DNA from: Moniliella sp. 'wahieum'
Taxonomy: Eukaryota
Assembly: GCA_003971905.1 (NCBI GenBank)
Contig: RSEE01000014.1
Coordinates: 930,001-967,204, forward strand
Direction of reading: 5' to 3'
DNA length: 37,204 bases
Below the pieces are notes generated by a model. That model was not told the origin of the DNA and did not search any database. It saw only the letters and a program-made list of their open reading frames with translations. The position numbers and the translations under genes are program-made. Shown piece by piece: positions 32,593 through 37,204 of this stretch; position 1 is the first letter of the stretch; every line of letters starts with the position of its first letter.

Positions 32593-33175
32593 TGTCGCCT
32601 TATAGTCTGCATTTTGGCCTCCTCGCGTTGAGTTCGGAGTGGGGTCTATTGTTTTTCTTATCAAATCTGTAGATGGAACCGTGATATCGTGATACGACTG
32701 CTCGACCAAACGACTTCTTTGGCGGCACGAATGTAACGTCGAGTCGTGACTAGTATTGGCATGACTTTTGACCTCTCTCATGTGCTGGTGAACGTGCCCT
32801 GCACCTACTCCCCACGATTTTCAACGCAACGCGCATTGATTATTCACGGATCGATCAGCCCTGACTGCCAAAGGAAAGGGGGGGGGCGGGGGAAGGCACG
32901 TCTGTCTACTTCTCCTTGATTCACCCGGTTGGAAGGTTAGCAACCTGGTATAGTGGTAAAGGGCTTTCGGTTCTCAAACGCTGGCACTAAAGGTGATGGG
33001 AAATTCGCTGTCGGCCTCATGGAACCGTGCAGGTGAACGATGTGTGGGTACTGGGGCATGCAGAGCACGACCAGCAGAGTATAAAATACAGGTCAAGATG
33101 GGCGTTATCCGAGGGCCTTGGTCCAGTGGATAGGGTCCACACCCATCCTAGATGGTCGAGATGCGGGAGGAAGAG

Positions 33176-34083
33176 TTAACCTTGGTGCTTGAGCATCTTG
33201 CGCTCCTTGTGCAGGCGATAGGCCTGGACAGCGCGCTGACGCTCTGTTCCATTTGCTCCTTCTTGGAGTCAGATGCAGCCTGCTTCTTGGCCAAAGCAGC
33301 CAGCTTGCCCAGCTGAAGCGAAGCGTGCTTCGGCGACTTGACGCACCCCGCGGCGCTGGGTGCCGATTCAAACTCACGTTCGGGTGTTCGTGACGGTCGT
33401 GGCGCAACGCTTCCCGTTGTGCTTTCAAGTTTCTTCTCTCTCTCTCTGGCTTCGGCCGCTTGAGCTTTGGCTTTACGCCCTCCCTTCCTGCCCAAAACTT
33501 TCTCTTCCCGTGCGCCTCTCGCGCAGCAACCTTGGCTCGCGCCTTGCGTTTCTCTCCCCGCCCGGAGCGGGGCCACCTTCCGAACCGCCTGGGACACCTC
33601 GAATTTGTACGCATCCTCTACGCGGCGGTTGAACTGGAACAGACTCTCTCCCGGACGGATCTTGAGTTTGGACGGGTCGATGACCTCGTCCTGAGGTTGT
33701 TGCTCCTGTCATCGGCTTGAAGTGGATGCAGAGGGCGAATGACTAAGCTTAGCTTTCTTGCTGGCCGGGGTGGCGTCCGAGGCGGATGCAGCGGGCTGGA
33801 GCTGTGCCGTGCGCTTTTTTGCCTGGGCCTCCGCTTCGCGCTTCCGCCGTTGGTGGTACGACTCGCGAATTTGACGCGCATTGAGGATGCTGAGCTGCCT
33901 TGGGCACGTCTTCGAATCGAATGTCCTGACTGCCCTTGGGCGCCCAGTCGGACCCGCTGGGAGGAAACGAAGAGAACGAGGGGAACGAGGTCAGAGCAGA
34001 GAGCGAGCGCAAAAGAAGAGCAGACACGTACGACGCCTCCTTGTCCGACTTGCGCGCCGAGAAACTTTTTCTCTTGGCGGCAT
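33176..34083 (-). CDS. Basic coiled-coil protein resembling the CCDC137-like family; one intron ~33958-34030; apparent frameshifts
   Basis: Joined frames give AKRKSFSARKSDKEA..FEDVPKAAQ, LKIRPGESLFQFNRRVEDAY, EFESAP, and KKEQMEQ..AVQAYRLHKERKMLKHQG-stop. Confidence 0.65.
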
Positions 34084-35137
34084 GGCGAATGGTGGGGGTG
34101 GGGGGCGGGGGGGCGAGGCCTAAGATGCGAGGCTGTAGCGGCGCGTGAGCCGGCTGGCAGCGACTCAAGCTTGAATTTCCACTTGAAGCGGCCCTCGAAA
34201 AAATCAATTGCACCGAGCGGGTGCCACAACGACATTGGAAACGAACTCGATTTGAAAAATGCAATGTTCAAAACTACTCCTGGGCAGACCAAGACTGGCT
34301 AAAACGTCGGGTATGCAAGTGAGGCGAAGCTTGTTAAAGGACAACCAGCCCCGGTGCGCATGGTGGATGGGTAGCACGATCCCCACGCGCCCATCCGCGC
34401 CCCGTGCGCTGCCGAACAGTTGCCTCGCACCCCAGCATCAGATGCACTCATGCGATGCATCAACAAGCACCAGCCGCTCAGGCGCAACACGCCCGGTTTT
34501 CTTCGCTTTGTCCCGCTGTCGGGGGGACGGACAGGGTGGAATCAGACCGGCCATGGTGAATGGTAGATGGCTGTGTGCCCCAGACATGCCACGACCCGAA
34601 GGGGTGGGGTTGGATTGGGTCCATATATGGGAGCGCCCACGTCGCCCGACCGCCGACCCCATGCACCAGCGTCTCTCCTACCTATCTACCTACCAACATC
34701 CCTCGTCCAACCGCAGCAAAGCGGCCCACGGCGTGTCTCGCGCGCCAAGATCCGGATCAATTGGATGGGATGGGATGGATGGAATCGATTGAATTCGGGT
34801 TCGTGTGAGGGTATTAGGATCAATGTGCCTCACTCCGAGTCTCGATTGAATATTGAATGTGGATCTTCTTTACCATCCCAGAACGATGAATGTGCGGTAG
34901 GGGTGGGTCGTAACAGGGTCAGTAGAGGGAGCTGAAGAAGCATGTCCGATGACTTTGATGGGTCGGCGGCCTGGCGCTTCGCCTTGGTACAGCAGCGCGG
35001 TACAATGTAATCCTGGTGGGCTCCATATTATCGCGTTGGCTCTCCGGTGCTTAATTAAGCAATAGGTTAAATGAGTGTCAAACCACCAAACCGCGCTGGC
35101 TTGTCCGGCGCCCACCATCCGGCTGCGCTTGGTACGA

Positions 35138-36213
35138 TGGCCGCCGCATCCGCCGCGGCGGAAGGATCGACGCGCTGCCGGACATGGTACGACCATCCGC
35201 TCGCTTCCCCCACCAGCCTGCCATCCCTCACGTCCACCGACCAGCAGGTCCAGCACGGCGCCAGCCTATTTCACGCACTGTTCTCCCTCGCCCCTGCTGC
35301 CCCCTCCAGCTCCCTGCCTTTGCCCCGTAGGCACCCCGATCTCCCCCCGCACGAACAGGCTCGACAGCTGTGCTTGGAACCTCCCTGTTCAGCTGCGTTG
35401 AGATGCTTTCATCTCGTTGCCTCCGCCCAGCCGGGCGAGCCAGCCGGCGAGGCAGCCGCCGCGCGGAGCCGCCCTACATCCTGCTCTTTACCGCTATCTC
35501 GGGACGAGTTCTACGATGAGCTCCGCGGGGGCGATCGAATTGAGCTCTGGAAACAGCTCCTTGACCAATTCGTCATCGGGGTGATGCTCCGCATCCAAGA
35601 TGCACTGCATTGACATTCGGTTCGTCCTCCCTCACACCCAAAGCAGTGAAGGCTCACCCCCCATTCCAACTCTTCTCTCCTGACTAGCTACGTCCCCACC
35701 TGGAGCACTGTAATTCCCTGCTTCTCATCCATCGACATCTGTCTTCCCCGTTGGGTCCGGAGGCTCGTTATGCGGCACGCCCGTGTCCAGCTGGGCGAAT
35801 CCGGTAAGCCGGGGGAATGGGAATTGGAGAGCATGCTTCTGTGATTGCTCTGCCGCAAGCCCTATGGCTGTGGTGTGCATGGAATTTCACGTTGGAGCGA
35901 GGAGGGAGCATGTGCTCCCCTCATCATGGCAGAGAAAGTACGTTTTGCACAGAGATCGTGCCACGAATGCGGGGCCAAGCGGCATGATGAGACGGCGGCC
36001 TTAGGCGGATCATCTCCGCTGGGCGACTGATCTGCACTCCGGCCGGCGCCTCTGCTGTACTTTGACCAGCTCCTCTTGTGCTTCTTTGGATCCACACACC
36101 TCGCGCGCGCGCCTTGTGGATCGCGTCCTAGTCGTCAACCAGCATGTGACACCAGGTAATGATGTTGCGGACGAGGGCGGCCAGTGCTGCCGATCCAACC
36201 CGCCAGTCCGATG
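35138..36213 (+). CDS. Hypothetical protein, probably spliced; family not recognised
   Basis: ORF MAAASAAAEG...SRDEFYDELRGGDRIELWKQLLDQFV, intron-like sequence near 35580-35688 (CTGAC..TAG), then further coding-like frames (CLPRWVRRLVMRHARVQL; LLYFDQLLLCFFGSTHLARALVDRVL). Confidence 0.4.
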
Positions 36214-36348
36214 ACCTACTTGCTTCTTCCACCTTTCTACCCGCTCTCACCCCGGCCTATCAGGCTCGCCACGCGAGACTGGTTAGCATTCGACAAAAAT
36301 GCATTTTCAAATGTAGCATTCCTCAGAGCAAGGGGCGGAGGGAAACAA

Positions 36349-37204
36349 CTAAGACGCAATCTTCCACTTGAGCTGCTTGCCTGCCAGAAAGGGAACGACA
36401 GCAATCTTCCGGGCTGCGTGTCAGGCCAAGTCTGGTGGCGGCCAAGACATACTCGGCCGGAACCTTACCATCGTCTGCCTGTGCTCTACAGTCCTGACCA
36501 GGGTGACGGTAGGCGTGGCTTCCAGAAGGGAGGGTGTGGCATAAAAGCGCGGGCATCATTGCGGCTCACAAATCCTTCTAGCTGCTCCAGCGCACCAAAC
36601 GATTCAGCAGCGTTGCACAGAGCGGAAGCAGAATCGCCGATGTGTACACCCCGGCCGCACAGGCACCCTGGGCCGCTGCGGCATAGCTGCCATGAGAGGA
36701 AGCCGAGGGCACTGTTGGTGAACGGATGGGAGCCGAGTCAGAGCCAGGAAAGAAACGCGGATGGCCAGAACGAAACAATGTCCTGCAGAGCAGCACGATC
36801 AGAGGGATACTTGGCAACTGGCTTGCAAAAGTTGAGCGGCTTGCCGGCCCAGTCGTCGACAATGAGCGCGAGGTGGTGAGCGGTGATGGAGCAGCCAACG
36901 GTTGCACCACACTGCTTCACCGCCTCCACCGCGGCAGCAGTTGTGGCGTGCTCCAGTACATCCGGAGGGTGGGGAAGCGAGTGTGGATTTTGTGGAGTTG
37001 TTTGAGGAATGCTTCTTCAGCGTTCAAAACACAAATTCCCTGCGCGTAAGATGAAAATGTTAGCCCAAGATGGCGAGGCATGTCACACGACACCCAGGAG
37101 AGGCACAGCGTCAAGACGGGAAAGGGGGCGGTGAATCAACTAGACCACGCACAAGGTCTGGGTCGCTTGGGATTTCCCCATGAAGATTGAGTACCAGCCC
37201 CTCC
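36349..37204 (-). CDS. URA4: Dihydroorotase, 3' part (gene runs off the window end); intron 37040-37152
   Basis: LVLNLHGEIPSD, NAEEAFL..LH..FPTLR, ITAHHL..IVDDWAG.PLNFCKPVAKYPSDRAAL, SGHPRFF.GSDSAP, AAGVYT, and VVPFLAGKQLKWKIAS-stop. Confidence 0.95.

Noticed and set aside
31364..37204. Calling NDT1, the CCDC137-like gene and URA4 pseudogenes
   Set aside because: Motifs are intact and the indel pattern is window-wide, consistent with sequencing error.

Overview
GC-rich, intron-containing fungal DNA, probably a basidiomycete (inferred from gene style). The assembly has frequent 1-bp indels, even in conserved housekeeping genes. Host genes: ROT1 (-), mitochondrial ribosomal protein bL36m (+), a DHA1-type MFS transporter (+), a divergent RPA32-like gene (+), an NDT1-like mitochondrial carrier (+), a CCDC137-like gene (-), a hypothetical gene (+) and the 3' part of URA4 (-). 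About half of the window is Ty1/copia retroelements on the minus strand. Element 1 (3993-9048; 160-bp LTRs, CTCCC target-site duplication (TSD)) sits 37 bp upstream of the MFS start codon. Element 2 (13619-26448) is a three-LTR tandem dimer with one AATTC TSD. A CACTA/EnSpm-related transposase-like gene lies at about 28.1-31.1 kb, with a 22-23 bp minisatellite about 1.4 kb upstream. Best leads: (1) both copia families end gag with UAG-G shortly before the protease, in frame with pol in element 1 and followed by a spacer plus possible pseudoknot in element 2, suggesting programmed stop-codon readthrough; (2) element 2 Gag has an extra ~200-aa N-terminal domain; (3) the RPA32-like gene and the transposase may belong to one larger DNA element.
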